DNA of 64,000 nt from Marinilabiliales bacterium (GTDB taxonomy: Bacteria > Bacteroidota > Bacteroidia > Bacteroidales > F082): assembly GCA_002869365.1 (NCBI GenBank), contig PKTA01000089.1:5048-69047 (forward strand), in the 5' to 3' direction. The notes beneath the pieces were generated by a model. It saw nothing but the letters and a program-made list of their open reading frames with translations. It was not told where the DNA came from and ran no database searches. A program made the translations under genes and the position numbers. Position 1 is the first letter of the stretch; each line of letters opens with the position of its first letter. Below are positions 19,911 to 29,945 of the stretch, piece after piece.

Positions 19911-22355
19911 TTATTCAATTATAACCTTCTGAGTAGTAATACCATTAGTTGTTTCAATATTTACGAAATAAACTCCGTTTGGAAGCATATCTGTTGAAAC
20001 TCTAACTTTATTTAAACCAACATTTTGGTTATAAACTACTTGTCCGATTGTATTTATAATACGAACATTAGTTATCTCACCAGTAGATCCAATTTGCAAA
20101 TAATCGCTTGCAGGATTAGGATATACAGAAATAACTTCTTTTTGTCCATTCTCGTCAACACCAACAACAACATTCATAAGAACTGTCTTAGTTGCATGAT
20201 CGTCAACTGGATCGTTAGAACGAATATGGATTGTTCCATTATAAACATCACTTTCAAGATCTGAAGCATCAAGAGTCATAGTAACATCAATTGCCTCATC
20301 TTCTGTTAGTACACCTTCTGAATAGTCAGTTGATAACCAAGGAAGGATAGCAGTACCAGTAAGATTAGCACGGATATTCCAGTTATACTGAAGATCTGGA
20401 TTATCGGATAAGTGACCCCAACCTGGACCAGCAGCCATCCAGTCACCATCAGGATGAACAGGACCTTCGTCACAACCAGGAGTAAATAAACCGCCTATTG
20501 ATGATACCCAGTAACCAACCCAAATGTCGCCACCTTCAATATAAACAGGGCTATCAAGAGTAACTGTTACCCAAGCACCTGCTCCATTATCAACAAATGT
20601 TTGTTCCAACAACATTTCACCAGGACCCGGGGTATGAATTTCACCCATATCATAAATCTGAAGTTTATAGTCGATACCTGGGTCATTGATAAATACATCA
20701 ACGGAAGATATTTCCATTCCTACATAAGGAGCAACTAAATCAGATGGGAAACGAGCAGCAACTCTCCACTGATAATCACTTGAACCACCAATGGCACTAA
20801 ATGGATCTCCGTCATAGTTTAATGTAACATCACGACCAGAAAGATCAGTATTGGCAACAACAGGAGTAGGATCAACAGAAAGAACTGTATTTAAATCTTT
20901 TGCGGCATGAACACCGGTAGGTTCTTTATCCATTGCTTTATTACCCATTGGATAAGTAACTGTAATATCATAATTCAAATCATCAACACCAATATTGGCA
21001 AGACCAAATGTATCCTCGTAAGTGTCGCCAGTTTCAACAACTGCTGAAACAGGAGAGTCGTCAACATCCATAATTGGAGGAGTAGTTCCTTCAACAAGAA
21101 CAATATACTCAAGATCATCAAAATAGAAATGTGGAGTATCTCCTTCAGGAGCACCTGAATAAATATTTGACCCACCAAGTTGCTTGGTTCCATCTTCTCC
21201 TTGTGCTTGCAATGAGAATTGCCATTCAGCTAACATTACATCATCAATATAAAATTCAGCCCAGTCATTGTCAAGGTCAATCATAAATTCCAATTGCATC
21301 CATGTACCATGAGTAAATGTGAAAGGAATCTGATCAGGACTACCAGCAAACATATATCCGTTATCCGCACCAGTTGCTGCTCCAAAATATACCTCTACAG
21401 CCCACTCGATACCAGGAGATTCAAAGTGCTGTAAGTTGATATAACCACCATTGCCCGGCTCAATATAATACATAACATTAAATTGATAAGCTCCAGAGGT
21501 TTTGTCACCCATTTTAAATACAAGGTCGCTTGTACCTTCCATTTCAACAGAGTTTGATGGGCTATGTGATAACTCATCAACCACAAATGCATCTTCTGCA
21601 GTACCAGGTGCATCTGACCAAGTAGTCCAGTAACCGCTCTCATCTGTATCAACAAGGTATGTGCCTGCAGTCCACTCTTCGAAGTCAGTTTCGTAAATAT
21701 AGTCATTTCCTGATTTAACAACAACTCCGTCAACACCTGCAAGGTCACCGTCGTTACCTACATATTGCCAACCTAATTGGAAAGGAGCACCTGCATAATC
21801 ATCAAGGTTTATGGAAACAAAGTTCCATGCCCAAGGAGCATCAGGCTCTAGTACATCTGCAGCATCCCATAATTCAGTCCAGCTTGTTCCACCATCAGTT
21901 GAAATATGTAATTTTAATGTTGCAAATTGTATCCATGAACCACTAACACCTGCATACCACTCAACTTTTAAAGGAGTTTCGCCTGCAGCATCGATAGAAG
22001 GAGTGATTAACCACTCGTCCTGATCTTCAGCTACCCATGGTACCATGGCTGAGAATAAACTAGCAGGATCGATGTCACTAAATGGATTATTTTCCGGATT
22101 TGTTTGAATCCAGTTATTACCATTAGTATTGAAGTCGATTACTGTCCAGTCTGCTGGAGGAAAATCAACATCAAATCCTTCAGTTAACAACATTGTTCTT
22201 GTTGACATTACATCAGCAGGAGTAATGGTGCTAACAGTACCGGAAGTTTTTAAGCCCAACGTTTGAGCTTTTGTCATAAGATTCTGTGCATTAGCAAGAC
22301 CAAAAGTCAAGGTTAATGCAAGAGTCAATGAAATAATTCGCGTAAATTGTCTCAT
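19911..22355 (-). CDS. secreted T9SS cargo protein (choice-of-anchor-J-like N-terminal domain, type A C-terminal sorting domain)
   Basis: 814 aa with a signal peptide. N-terminal LLTEGFDVDFPPADWTVIDFNTNGNNWIQT pattern. C-terminal ~80 aa (SVYPNPASDYLQIG...LPNGVYFVNIETTNGITTQKVIIE) match the T9SS type A CTD pattern. Confidence 0.8.
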   Translation of the reverse strand: MRQFTRIISLTLALTLTFGLANAQNLMTKAQTLGLKTSGTVSTITPADVMSTRTMLLTEGFDVDFPPADWTVIDFNTNGNNWIQTNPENNPFSDIDPASLFSAMVPWVAEDQDEWLITPSIDAAGETPLKVEWYAGVSGSWIQFATLKLHISTDGGTSWTELWDAADVLEPDAPWAWNFVSINLDDYAGAPFQLGWQYVGNDGDLAGVDGVVVKSGNDYIYETDFEEWTAGTYLVDTDESGYWTTWSDAPGTAEDAFVVDELSHSPSNSVEMEGTSDLVFKMGDKTSGAYQFNVMYYIEPGNGGYINLQHFESPGIEWAVEVYFGAATGADNGYMFAGSPDQIPFTFTHGTWMQLEFMIDLDNDWAEFYIDDVMLAEWQFSLQAQGEDGTKQLGGSNIYSGAPEGDTPHFYFDDLEYIVLVEGTTPPIMDVDDSPVSAVVETGDTYEDTFGLANIGVDDLNYDITVTYPMGNKAMDKEPTGVHAAKDLNTVLSVDPTPVVANTDLSGRDVTLNYDGDPFSAIGGSSDYQWRVAARFPSDLVAPYVGMEISSVDVFINDPGIDYKLQIYDMGEIHTPGPGEMLLEQTFVDNGAGAWVTVTLDSPVYIEGGDIWVGYWVSSIGGLFTPGCDEGPVHPDGDWMAAGPGWGHLSDNPDLQYNWNIRANLTGTAILPWLSTDYSEGVLTEDEAIDVTMTLDASDLESDVYNGTIHIRSNDPVDDHATKTVLMNVVVGVDENGQKEVISVYPNPASDYLQIGSTGEITNVRIINTIGQVVYNQNVGLNKVRVSTDMLPNGVYFVNIETTNGITTQKVIIE

Positions 22356-22595
22356 AATGAAATTTTATTAATTAGTAATTTTTGTTGTTAGCTAATTTAT
22401 AAAAAAGATTAATATATAAGGTGTAAAGCTGAAAATATATTAATCCTGTGTTTTTATTTATTTCCTTTTATCAAAAATAAATAGATATATTTCTTAATGA
22501 ACTATATAGCAAATATGTGCTTAAAAAATAGTTCTTCTTTAGATTTAATATTTCAAAATTTTATTTTCGATTACCTGGTATAGAACATAAAAAAT

Positions 22596-22603
22596 TACCT
22601 TTG
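22596..22603 (+). promoter_or_regulatory. -7 box TACCTTTG upstream of gap
   Basis: Exact match, 23 nt before the ATG at 22627. Confidence 0.5.
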
Positions 22604-22626
22604 CCAAACATAAATTAATAGTCTCA

Positions 22627-23640
22627 ATGTCGAAGATAAGAGTTGCAATTAATGGTTTCGGAAGAATAGGCAGGGTAACATTTCGCTGTATTGAACTTAA
22701 TAAAAATATAGAAGTTGTTGCCATAAACGATATTACTGATTCTGCCAACCTTGCTCATCTATTAAAATACGATACCGTTCAGCGTCAATTTAATGGAACA
22801 ATTACTCACAATGGAGATCATCTTATTGTAAATGGCAAAAAAGTATTAGTTTTTAACCAATCGGATCCATCAAAATTACCCTGGAAAGAATTAAATATTG
22901 ATATTGTTATAGAATCTACGGGACAATTTGTTGAGAGAAAACAAGCCATAAAACATATTAATGATTCGGGTGCACGTAAAGTTATCATTTCGGCTCCTGC
23001 CAAAGGAGAATTCGACGATGTGCAATATATAGTTTTAGGTGTTAACGACCATTTAATCGACAGGAATGAAGTAATTATTTCAAATGCATCGTGTACAACC
23101 AACAATGTAGCACCTTTAATTAAGGTTTTGGATGAAAACTGGGGCGTTGAAAAAGGATTTATGACCACTGTTCATTCATATACCAAGGATCAGAATCTCG
23201 TTGATGGTGCTCATAAAGATTGGCGCAGGGGTCGTGCAGCAGCATATTCCATTGTTCCTACAACAACCGGAGCAGCCAAAGCATCATCAAAAATATTTCC
23301 TCATCTTGCAAATAACCTGGGAGGTGCCGGAATAAGGGTTCCCGTTCCTGATGGTAGTTTAACAGACCTTACATGTACTTTGAAAAAATCGACAAGTAAA
23401 GAGGAAATAAATTCCGCTTTTAAACTGGCTTCTGAGACTTACTTAAAGGGAATACTTGAATATACCAGCGATCCAATAGTTTCATCAGATGTAATTGGTA
23501 ATACTCACTCTGCTGTATTCGACTCACATTTAACTGCAGTTTTGGGTGATAAACAAAAACTTGTGAAAGTTGTAGCGTGGTACGATAATGAGATGGGGTA
23601 TTCTACTCGATTGGTAGAACTGATTGAAAAGTTTGCTTAA
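22627..23640 (+). CDS. gap: glyceraldehyde-3-phosphate dehydrogenase
   Basis: 337 aa. NAD-binding INGFGRIGR. Catalytic SNASCTTN. Confidence 0.96.
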   Translation: MSKIRVAINGFGRIGRVTFRCIELNKNIEVVAINDITDSANLAHLLKYDTVQRQFNGTITHNGDHLIVNGKKVLVFNQSDPSKLPWKELNIDIVIESTGQFVERKQAIKHINDSGARKVIISAPAKGEFDDVQYIVLGVNDHLIDRNEVIISNASCTTNNVAPLIKVLDENWGVEKGFMTTVHSYTKDQNLVDGAHKDWRRGRAAAYSIVPTTTGAAKASSKIFPHLANNLGGAGIRVPVPDGSLTDLTCTLKKSTSKEEINSAFKLASETYLKGILEYTSDPIVSSDVIGNTHSAVFDSHLTAVLGDKQKLVKVVAWYDNEMGYSTRLVELIEKFA

Positions 23641-23642
23641 AA

Positions 23643-24404
23643 TTATTTTTTCCAGTACTCCAAACGCATATTTCCATTTTCGAAAACACCATAGGAGAAA
23701 TGACTCAGCCAATCACCAAGAATTATCATTTCACTTTTCTCGTTAAGTTTTATTTGTACAGGTATATGTCGGTGACCGAAAATAAAGTAGTCTAAATCAG
23801 GATTCTGATCACTCTTTCTTTTTGCATAATGATAAAGCATCTCATCAGAGATATTAAACTTAAAATCATTTTTACCCTCTCTTGCAATATTTGCGAGCCG
23901 GCTTTTTTTAGAAAAATACAAGCCCAAACTGGACCCAATATCCGGATGCAACCATCTGAATAAAAACTGATTAGGTTTAAATTCAAATACCCTCTTCAGA
24001 AACTTATAGCCTTTATCTCCGGGGCCAAGCCCATCGCCATGGGCTAAAAAGAATTTTTTACCAGAGAATTCTCGTACTATGGGTTTTCTATAAATATTAA
24101 TATTTAATTCTTCATTCAAATAATCAAAAGCCCAAATATCGTGATTACCTCTAAATAGATGTACGGGAATTCCACTATCAGTAATTTCTGCCAATTTACC
24201 AAGTAATCGGGTATAGCCTTTTGGAACAACATATTTATATTCAAACCAGAAATCAAAAACATCACCCATAAGGAAAATTTCACTTGCATCCTGCCTAACT
24301 TTTTCAAGCCAGTTTACAAGCATCTTTTCCCTTTCAAGACTTCGTTTTTTATCGGGAATCCCCAAATGAAAATCTGAGGCAAAATATATTTTTGAATTGT
24401 TCAA
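23643..24404 (-). CDS. lpxH: UDP-2,3-diacylglucosamine diphosphatase
   Basis: 253 aa. Calcineurin-like metallophosphoesterase motifs SDFHLG, GDVFDFWFEY and GNHD. Confidence 0.85.
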   Translation of the reverse strand: MNNSKIYFASDFHLGIPDKKRSLEREKMLVNWLEKVRQDASEIFLMGDVFDFWFEYKYVVPKGYTRLLGKLAEITDSGIPVHLFRGNHDIWAFDYLNEELNINIYRKPIVREFSGKKFFLAHGDGLGPGDKGYKFLKRVFEFKPNQFLFRWLHPDIGSSLGLYFSKKSRLANIAREGKNDFKFNISDEMLYHYAKRKSDQNPDLDYFIFGHRHIPVQIKLNEKSEMIILGDWLSHFSYGVFENGNMRLEYWKK

Positions 24405-24434
24405 ATTTAATTGTTTTGGACAAAAATAAAGAAT

Positions 24435-25244
24435 TTACAACTCAAGTAGCAGATCTTTAATTATTTGAGTCAATTTTGGTGCAACAGCACCAGCAGCATC
24501 AATAACCTCATCATGAGAAATCTCAACCATTTTACCTTCTACTCCGAGGTCGGATATAACGGAAACGGCGAAAACTTGTAATCCCATATGCCTCGCAACA
24601 ATTACTTCAGGAGTAGTTGACATTCCAACGGCATCAGCACCAATAGCTTTAATATATTTATATTCCGCAAGTGTTTCATAGGTTGGACCACTAATTCCGG
24701 CATATATTCCTGTTTGAAATTTTATTCCACGTAGTTTGGCAACTTTTTCTGCCTTACCTAATAAACTCTTATTGTACGACTCGCTCATATCAACAAAACG
24801 AGGACCAAATTCCTCAATGTTTGCTCCAATTAATGGGTTAGGCATTAAGTTTATATGATCGGTAATAAACATTATATCTCCTATTTCAAAATCATTGTTT
24901 ACACCACCACTTGCATTAGATACAAAAAGATATTCAATGCCCAGTTTTTTGAACACCCTTACCGGTAAAGTAACTTCATTCATGGAATAACCTTCATAAA
25001 AATGAAATCTCCCACTCATGGCTACAACATCAATACCATTTAATTCCCCAAAAATTAAACTCCCATTATGTCCTTTTACTGTTGATACAGGAAAGTTTGG
25101 AATTTGTTCATATGGTATATTAATTGGATTTTTTATTTCTGTAGATAAATTGCCAAGTCCTGAACCTAGAATTATTCCGACTTTGGGCTTTTTATCTACT
25201 CTGGTGAATATATAATCAACTGCTGAGTTTATTTTCTCTAACAT
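24435..25244 (-). CDS. purine nucleoside phosphorylase (trimeric PNP/PunA family)
   Basis: 269 aa. Motifs GIILGSGLG, MSGRFHFYEGY and VGMSTTPEVIVARH. Its start overlaps the lpxK 3' end by 29 nt. Confidence 0.9.
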   Translation of the reverse strand: MLEKINSAVDYIFTRVDKKPKVGIILGSGLGNLSTEIKNPINIPYEQIPNFPVSTVKGHNGSLIFGELNGIDVVAMSGRFHFYEGYSMNEVTLPVRVFKKLGIEYLFVSNASGGVNNDFEIGDIMFITDHINLMPNPLIGANIEEFGPRFVDMSESYNKSLLGKAEKVAKLRGIKFQTGIYAGISGPTYETLAEYKYIKAIGADAVGMSTTPEVIVARHMGLQVFAVSVISDLGVEGKMVEISHDEVIDAAGAVAPKLTQIIKDLLLEL

Positions 25245-26283
25245 ATTTAACTATTTGATTATTAAATGATTGCCTATCTTCTTTGTGTATTGCTATTTCC
25301 ATTGGCAAGAAAAAAACAGGCAGGTTATTAAGTTCGCTAATATATGGAGAATTGATTAACCTCATAGCATCTTTCTCAGTGGTTACAATTATTTTTTTTC
25401 TCGTAAAAAATGTATCGAATTTTTCTCTGACTTTTATTAAATCAGACTTACTATAATTATGATGATCAGGGAAGTCGATAGCAACTAATTCTGAACATCT
25501 AAACCTTAAATGTTCTTGCAAAGGATAAGGATTTGCAATACCTGTAAATAACAAGATTGTATTTATTTCTCTGGGAAAACTACCTTTATTTATCCCAGGC
25601 ATAGGAATGAAATTTCCATATTTAATGTAAGAGAAATATAGTTTTTGATGTGGCTCGGGATTAATTTTCTCTTCTATATTTCTTCTGGTTATTGGCGATA
25701 ATACTTTATTAGTTTTTGTAACAATAATAATATCAGCACGTTTTGCTGCCGAACCAACATCTCTCAATTTGCCCACGGGAAGCAGAAAATCACTTGTATA
25801 TAAAGTATGAAAGTCTGTTAATAAAATTGATATTCCTGGCTTTACATATCTATGCTGAAAAGAGTCGTCCATAATAATTACATCATGACCAGCTTTATCT
25901 TCAATTAAATTTTTTATTCCTTTTCTTCTATTTGCATCTACAGCAATTGTTACATTTTTTTTAAACTTTCTGTAGTACTGCATTGGTTCATCACCAATAT
26001 CTTCATATTTGGAGTACTGATCAGCCTTTACATAGCCCTTAGTCTTTCTTCCGTATCCTCTGCTCAAAACAGCTACTTTATTTTCTTCAAACAACATTCT
26101 TATCAATAATTCAACATGAGGTGTTTTGCCACTACCCCCCACAACCAAATTACCTACTCCGATAAGAGGAACTTTAAAAGTTTTCGACTTTAATATTCCC
26201 ACATCAAATAGGAAATGACGTAATCGAACAATCATTTCATAAATTAATGCAAAAGGGAAAAAAAGAATACGGTAAGTATGCAT
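25216..26283 (-). CDS. lpxK: tetraacyldisaccharide 4'-kinase
   Basis: 355 aa. P-loop VGNLVVGGSGKTP. Motif ILMDDSFQH (here IIMDDSFQH). Confidence 0.9.
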   Translation of the reverse strand: MHTYRILFFPFALIYEMIVRLRHFLFDVGILKSKTFKVPLIGVGNLVVGGSGKTPHVELLIRMLFEENKVAVLSRGYGRKTKGYVKADQYSKYEDIGDEPMQYYRKFKKNVTIAVDANRRKGIKNLIEDKAGHDVIIMDDSFQHRYVKPGISILLTDFHTLYTSDFLLPVGKLRDVGSAAKRADIIIVTKTNKVLSPITRRNIEEKINPEPHQKLYFSYIKYGNFIPMPGINKGSFPREINTILLFTGIANPYPLQEHLRFRCSELVAIDFPDHHNYSKSDLIKVREKFDTFFTRKKIIVTTEKDAMRLINSPYISELNNLPVFFLPMEIAIHKEDRQSFNNQIVKYVRENKLSS

Positions 26284-26328
26284 AATTTACTACAATCTCG
26301 TTTTGTAATATTGCGATAATGTATGCAT

Positions 26329-26336
26329 CAAATTTA
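26329..26336 (-). promoter_or_regulatory. -7 box TAAATTTG upstream of lpxK
   Basis: Exact match on the minus strand, 45 nt before the ATG at 26283. Confidence 0.35.
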
Positions 26337-26449
26337 AGAATTTCTTTATATTTTCAAAGGAAAATTTATTTGTGAATAAAATGTACTTTTACATTGAGAA
26401 AAAAATGATTAAATAGTGCTTTAAAAGCAAGATAGAAACTTCTACATAT

Positions 26450-27544
26450 ATGAATATCAAAGATTTGACAATAGTACTCGAAAATATTGCCCCCTTATCT
26501 TTGCAGGAAGATTATGATAATTCGGGCCTCCTGATTGGAAATAATAAAAATGAAATAAATCAGGTTTTAATATGTTTAGATGTAACTCCTGAAGTAATTG
26601 AAGAGGCAATCAATACAAAAAGCGACTTAATTATTGCACACCATCCTATCATATTTAAAGGATTAAAAAGGATAAATGGAGAAAGTTTAGTAGAGGAGGT
26701 TGTTTATAAAGCTATTAAAAATGATATTGCCATTTATGCTATTCATACAAATCTAGATAATGTTTCAGAAGGTGTAAATTCCATACTTGCATCAAAACTT
26801 GGTATTCAAAACGCTCAAATTCTTTCCCCTTTAGCAGGGAAATTGAATAAAATTGTTACTTTTTGCCCTATTGATTTTGCTGATAAAGTAAGAGAAGCGA
26901 TGTTTAAAGCGGGAGCAGGACATATAGGAAACTATGATAGTTGCAGTTTTAACTCTCAGGGTGATGGTAGTTTTAAAGCTTTGGAAAATACAAATCCCTT
27001 TGTGGGAGAGAAAGATAAACTTCATTTTGAAAAAGAAATAAGAATTGAAACAATAGTCCCAGATTTCAAAGTATCATCAGTTATAAAATCACTTATTTCG
27101 GCTCATCCTTATGAAGAAGTTGCATATGATATTTACCCTTTAAATAATATTTCATCAAATACAGGTGCCGGAATGATAGGAACCTTAGAAAAACCTATGG
27201 ATATAAGCGAATATTTAAAGCATGTAAAAAATGTATTGGGAATAAATTGTGTAAAGCACAACAAACTGATTAACAAAAAGGTTGAAAAAGTTGCCATTTG
27301 TGGAGGAAGCGGAAGTTTTTTAATAAATGCTGCGGCTAAACAAAAAGCCGATTTATTCATTACTGGCGATATAAAATACCATGATTTTTTTGAACACCAG
27401 GGTATTATGACAATTGCCGATGCCGGACACTACGAAACAGAACAATTTACAAAAGAATTAATTCATGCAATTTTAACCAAAAAATTTCCTAATTTTGCAA
27501 TCCGAATTTCAGAAACGAATACAAATCCCGTTTCATTTCTTTAA
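26450..27544 (+). CDS. Nif3-like dinuclear metal centre protein (long form with inserted domain)
   Basis: 364 aa. YDNSGLLIG, IIAHHPIIFKG and C-terminal GHYETEQF motifs typical of the NIF3/YqfO family. Confidence 0.88.
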   Translation: MNIKDLTIVLENIAPLSLQEDYDNSGLLIGNNKNEINQVLICLDVTPEVIEEAINTKSDLIIAHHPIIFKGLKRINGESLVEEVVYKAIKNDIAIYAIHTNLDNVSEGVNSILASKLGIQNAQILSPLAGKLNKIVTFCPIDFADKVREAMFKAGAGHIGNYDSCSFNSQGDGSFKALENTNPFVGEKDKLHFEKEIRIETIVPDFKVSSVIKSLISAHPYEEVAYDIYPLNNISSNTGAGMIGTLEKPMDISEYLKHVKNVLGINCVKHNKLINKKVEKVAICGGSGSFLINAAAKQKADLFITGDIKYHDFFEHQGIMTIADAGHYETEQFTKELIHAILTKKFPNFAIRISETNTNPVSFL

Positions 27545-27565
27545 CATAGTGATAAAGAGAATAAT

Positions 27566-28327
27566 ATGACAAAAACTAAAAATGCTGGAATGGAAGAAAA
27601 AGAAGTAAATGTTGAGAAGAAATTATTTGCTCTTTACGAATTACAGCAAATTGACACTCAAGTTGATAAAATAAAAATTATTAGAGGTGAACTTCCATTG
27701 GAGGTAGAAGACCTTGAGGACGAAATTGCCGGACTTGAAACAAGAATGGAAAAATTTACCACTGAAATAGGTGAATTTGAAAAAATAATCAGCGACAAGC
27801 GTGGGGCAATAAAAGAGAGCGAATCATTGATAGGTAAATATAAGGAGCAACAAATGAACGTTAGAAATAACCGTGAATACGACTCCTTATCAAAAGAATT
27901 GGAATTTCAGGAATTAGAAATCCAACTCTCGGAGAAGAAAATCAAAGAAGCTGAAATTAGAATTGAAAAACTAAATGAAGAGATTGAAGCTTCACGTGAA
28001 CATCTTCAAATGCGTCAGGAAGACCTGAAAGCAAAAAAAGATGAACTTACAGAAATTGTTACAGAAACTGAAAAAGAAGAAGATGAATTAAGAGAAGAAT
28101 CAAAAAAACATGAAGCAACAATTGAAAAAAGACTTCTTACTGCATACAAACGTATTCGTGAAAATGCAAGAAATGGCCTTGCAGTTGTTCATATCGAAAG
28201 AGATGCTTGTGGAGGTTGCTTTAACAAAATACCACCTCAGCACCAACTTGATATACGTATGCATAAAAAAATAATTGTTTGTGAATATTGTGGTCGTATC
28301 TTAATTGACAAAAAAGATACTGAATAA
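27566..28327 (+). CDS. coiled-coil zinc-ribbon protein (COG1579/DUF164 family)
   Basis: 253 aa. Long coiled coil, then a C4 ribbon CGGCFNKIP...CEYCGRIL. This is the usual downstream partner of Nif3. Confidence 0.85.
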   Translation: MTKTKNAGMEEKEVNVEKKLFALYELQQIDTQVDKIKIIRGELPLEVEDLEDEIAGLETRMEKFTTEIGEFEKIISDKRGAIKESESLIGKYKEQQMNVRNNREYDSLSKELEFQELEIQLSEKKIKEAEIRIEKLNEEIEASREHLQMRQEDLKAKKDELTEIVTETEKEEDELREESKKHEATIEKRLLTAYKRIRENARNGLAVVHIERDACGGCFNKIPPQHQLDIRMHKKIIVCEYCGRILIDKKDTE

Positions 28328-28352
28328 AAGTTTCTTTTTACAAAAAATATTT

Positions 28353-28385
28353 AAGGGGGATGAATTATTTCATTCCCTTTTTTTA
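28353..28385 (+). terminator. intrinsic terminator after the zinc-ribbon gene
   Basis: gggggatgaa (28355..28364), loop ttat, ttcattccc (28369..28377), with one G-T pair or bulge, then a T7 run at 28378..28384. Confidence 0.7.
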
Positions 28386-28407
28386 TATTTACACATCTAA
28401 TTTATTT

Positions 28408-29901
28408 ATGAAACGACTAATATTATTTCTTTTCCTGTTAATACTATTTAAAACTTCCTCAGCACAGTTATACCTAAATGAAAACTGCAAACAAGCCTAC
28501 GAATACACCATGGCTCTAAGGTTTGAAAAAGCCAAGACTTATATAAATAAGGAAAAACAAATACATCCTGATAATGTTTATTTGCCTTATCTGGAGAGTT
28601 ATATCGGTTTTTTAAAGTCGTTCATTTCAGAAGATGACAGAGTGTTTGAGGAGAATAAAGAAAAAATGGACCTCGCTCTGGAAGCTCTGGATAAATTAAA
28701 TGATGATTCACCTTATAAAAATTACCTAAAAGCAAATGTTAACCTCCAATGGGCTTTTGCCAGAATAAAATTTGGAGAATATTTTACTTCAGCGATAGAA
28801 ATAAATCGTGCTTATCGACTAATTGATAAAAACAGTAAAAGTTTTCCCGAATTCTATCCAAATAAAATAACTCACGCCGTACTAACTATAATTATTGGCA
28901 TTGTTCCTGAAAAATATGATTGGATATTAGACTTAGTTTCTTTGGAAGGCAGTGTTCAGCAAGGAACTGCGGAATTATATAAATTTTTGGATTTAGCAAA
29001 AACAGATTCGGAATATGCATATTTGAAAAACGAATGTTTATTCTACCTTGGGTTTATAGAGATTAATGTCAATCCCGACAAAACGAAATCTCAAGATATT
29101 TTACAGCAAATTATTCCTCTAAGCGATAGCAATATGCTTTTTAACCTGTTGTCAATTAATATTTTAACAAAATCAGGAAGGTATGTCGAAACAGAGATAC
29201 AATTTAAAAAATTAGCAAATAAATTTGATTATTATCCAATATATTTTCTGGATTATTTACATGCCGACTATTACTTAAAAGAAATGGAAACCGACAGTGC
29301 AAAAAAATATTATGCACAATTTCTAAAAAACTTCAAGGGTAAAAATTATATAAAAGATGCATGGAGAAAAACTGCATGGACATTCTTAATTGAGGGCAAT
29401 GAGCAAAAATACAAACAACTGATGTCGGCAGTAGGAAATTCAGGGAATGCAGATATTGGAATAGATAAAGATGCCAATATAGAGTATGAAAAAGGAGAAA
29501 TCCCAAATGTAGCACTTATAAAATCAAGACTTCTTTTCGATGGGTTTAAGTATAATATGGCACTTTCTGAACTTGAGAATATTGACAATAGCAAACTAAA
29601 TTTCGACCAATTGTTGGAAAAGGACTATCGATATGCAAGGATTATGCATAAAACAAATAATATTGAAGGTGCAAAAAAACATTATAAAAAGGTAGTATTA
29701 AGTTCCGATCTAACAAGTGAGTATTACCCTGCTAACTCCGCGCTAAATCTGGGAGAGATATATGAGTTACAGGATAGTTTATCAATGGCATTATTATATT
29801 ATAACAAATGCACAAAAATGGATTTCGATCAGTTTGAAAACGGAATAAAAACGATGGCGAAAGAAGGCATTAGAAGAGTAAACAAAGCAAGAAAGGATTA
29901 A
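28408..29901 (+). CDS. secreted TPR-like helical-repeat protein (hypothetical)
   Basis: The ATG at 28408 gives MKRLILFLFLLILFKTSSAQ, a signal peptide. The ORF-track ATG at 28360 lies inside the upstream terminator hairpin. The body is helical and repeat-like (Y/L/A-rich). Confidence 0.55.
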   Translation: MKRLILFLFLLILFKTSSAQLYLNENCKQAYEYTMALRFEKAKTYINKEKQIHPDNVYLPYLESYIGFLKSFISEDDRVFEENKEKMDLALEALDKLNDDSPYKNYLKANVNLQWAFARIKFGEYFTSAIEINRAYRLIDKNSKSFPEFYPNKITHAVLTIIIGIVPEKYDWILDLVSLEGSVQQGTAELYKFLDLAKTDSEYAYLKNECLFYLGFIEINVNPDKTKSQDILQQIIPLSDSNMLFNLLSINILTKSGRYVETEIQFKKLANKFDYYPIYFLDYLHADYYLKEMETDSAKKYYAQFLKNFKGKNYIKDAWRKTAWTFLIEGNEQKYKQLMSAVGNSGNADIGIDKDANIEYEKGEIPNVALIKSRLLFDGFKYNMALSELENIDNSKLNFDQLLEKDYRYARIMHKTNNIEGAKKHYKKVVLSSDLTSEYYPANSALNLGEIYELQDSLSMALLYYNKCTKMDFDQFENGIKTMAKEGIRRVNKARKD

Positions 29902-29945
29902 GAATCTTAATGTTCCTTAATTCAAAATTGATTTTAATTTTACTA

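Noticed and set aside
20025-22023. Four alternative-frame or antisense ORFs (70-117 aa) inside the 814-aa T9SS cargo gene, and the idea that the gene's different composition marks horizontal transfer
   Set aside because: All four lie within one long, well-supported frame that has a signal peptide and a T9SS CTD. The same excess of stop-free alternative frames occurs in nifJ (52602..54972), so it reflects somewhat higher GC and codon bias of long, Gly/Asp/Trp/Pro-rich or highly expressed genes, not foreign DNA. There are no flanking mobile-element genes.
22545-22748. Short antisense ORFs overlapping gene starts (22545..22748, 42606..42857, 49421..49675)
   Set aside because: Each is antisense to the 5' end of a strongly supported gene (gap, the PpiD-like PPIase, the FtsX permease), and none has independent support.
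26450-28327. The Nif3-like plus zinc-ribbon coiled-coil gene pair as a possible new module
   Set aside because: This pairing is a widely conserved, already-described arrangement in bacteria. Nothing here looks atypical.
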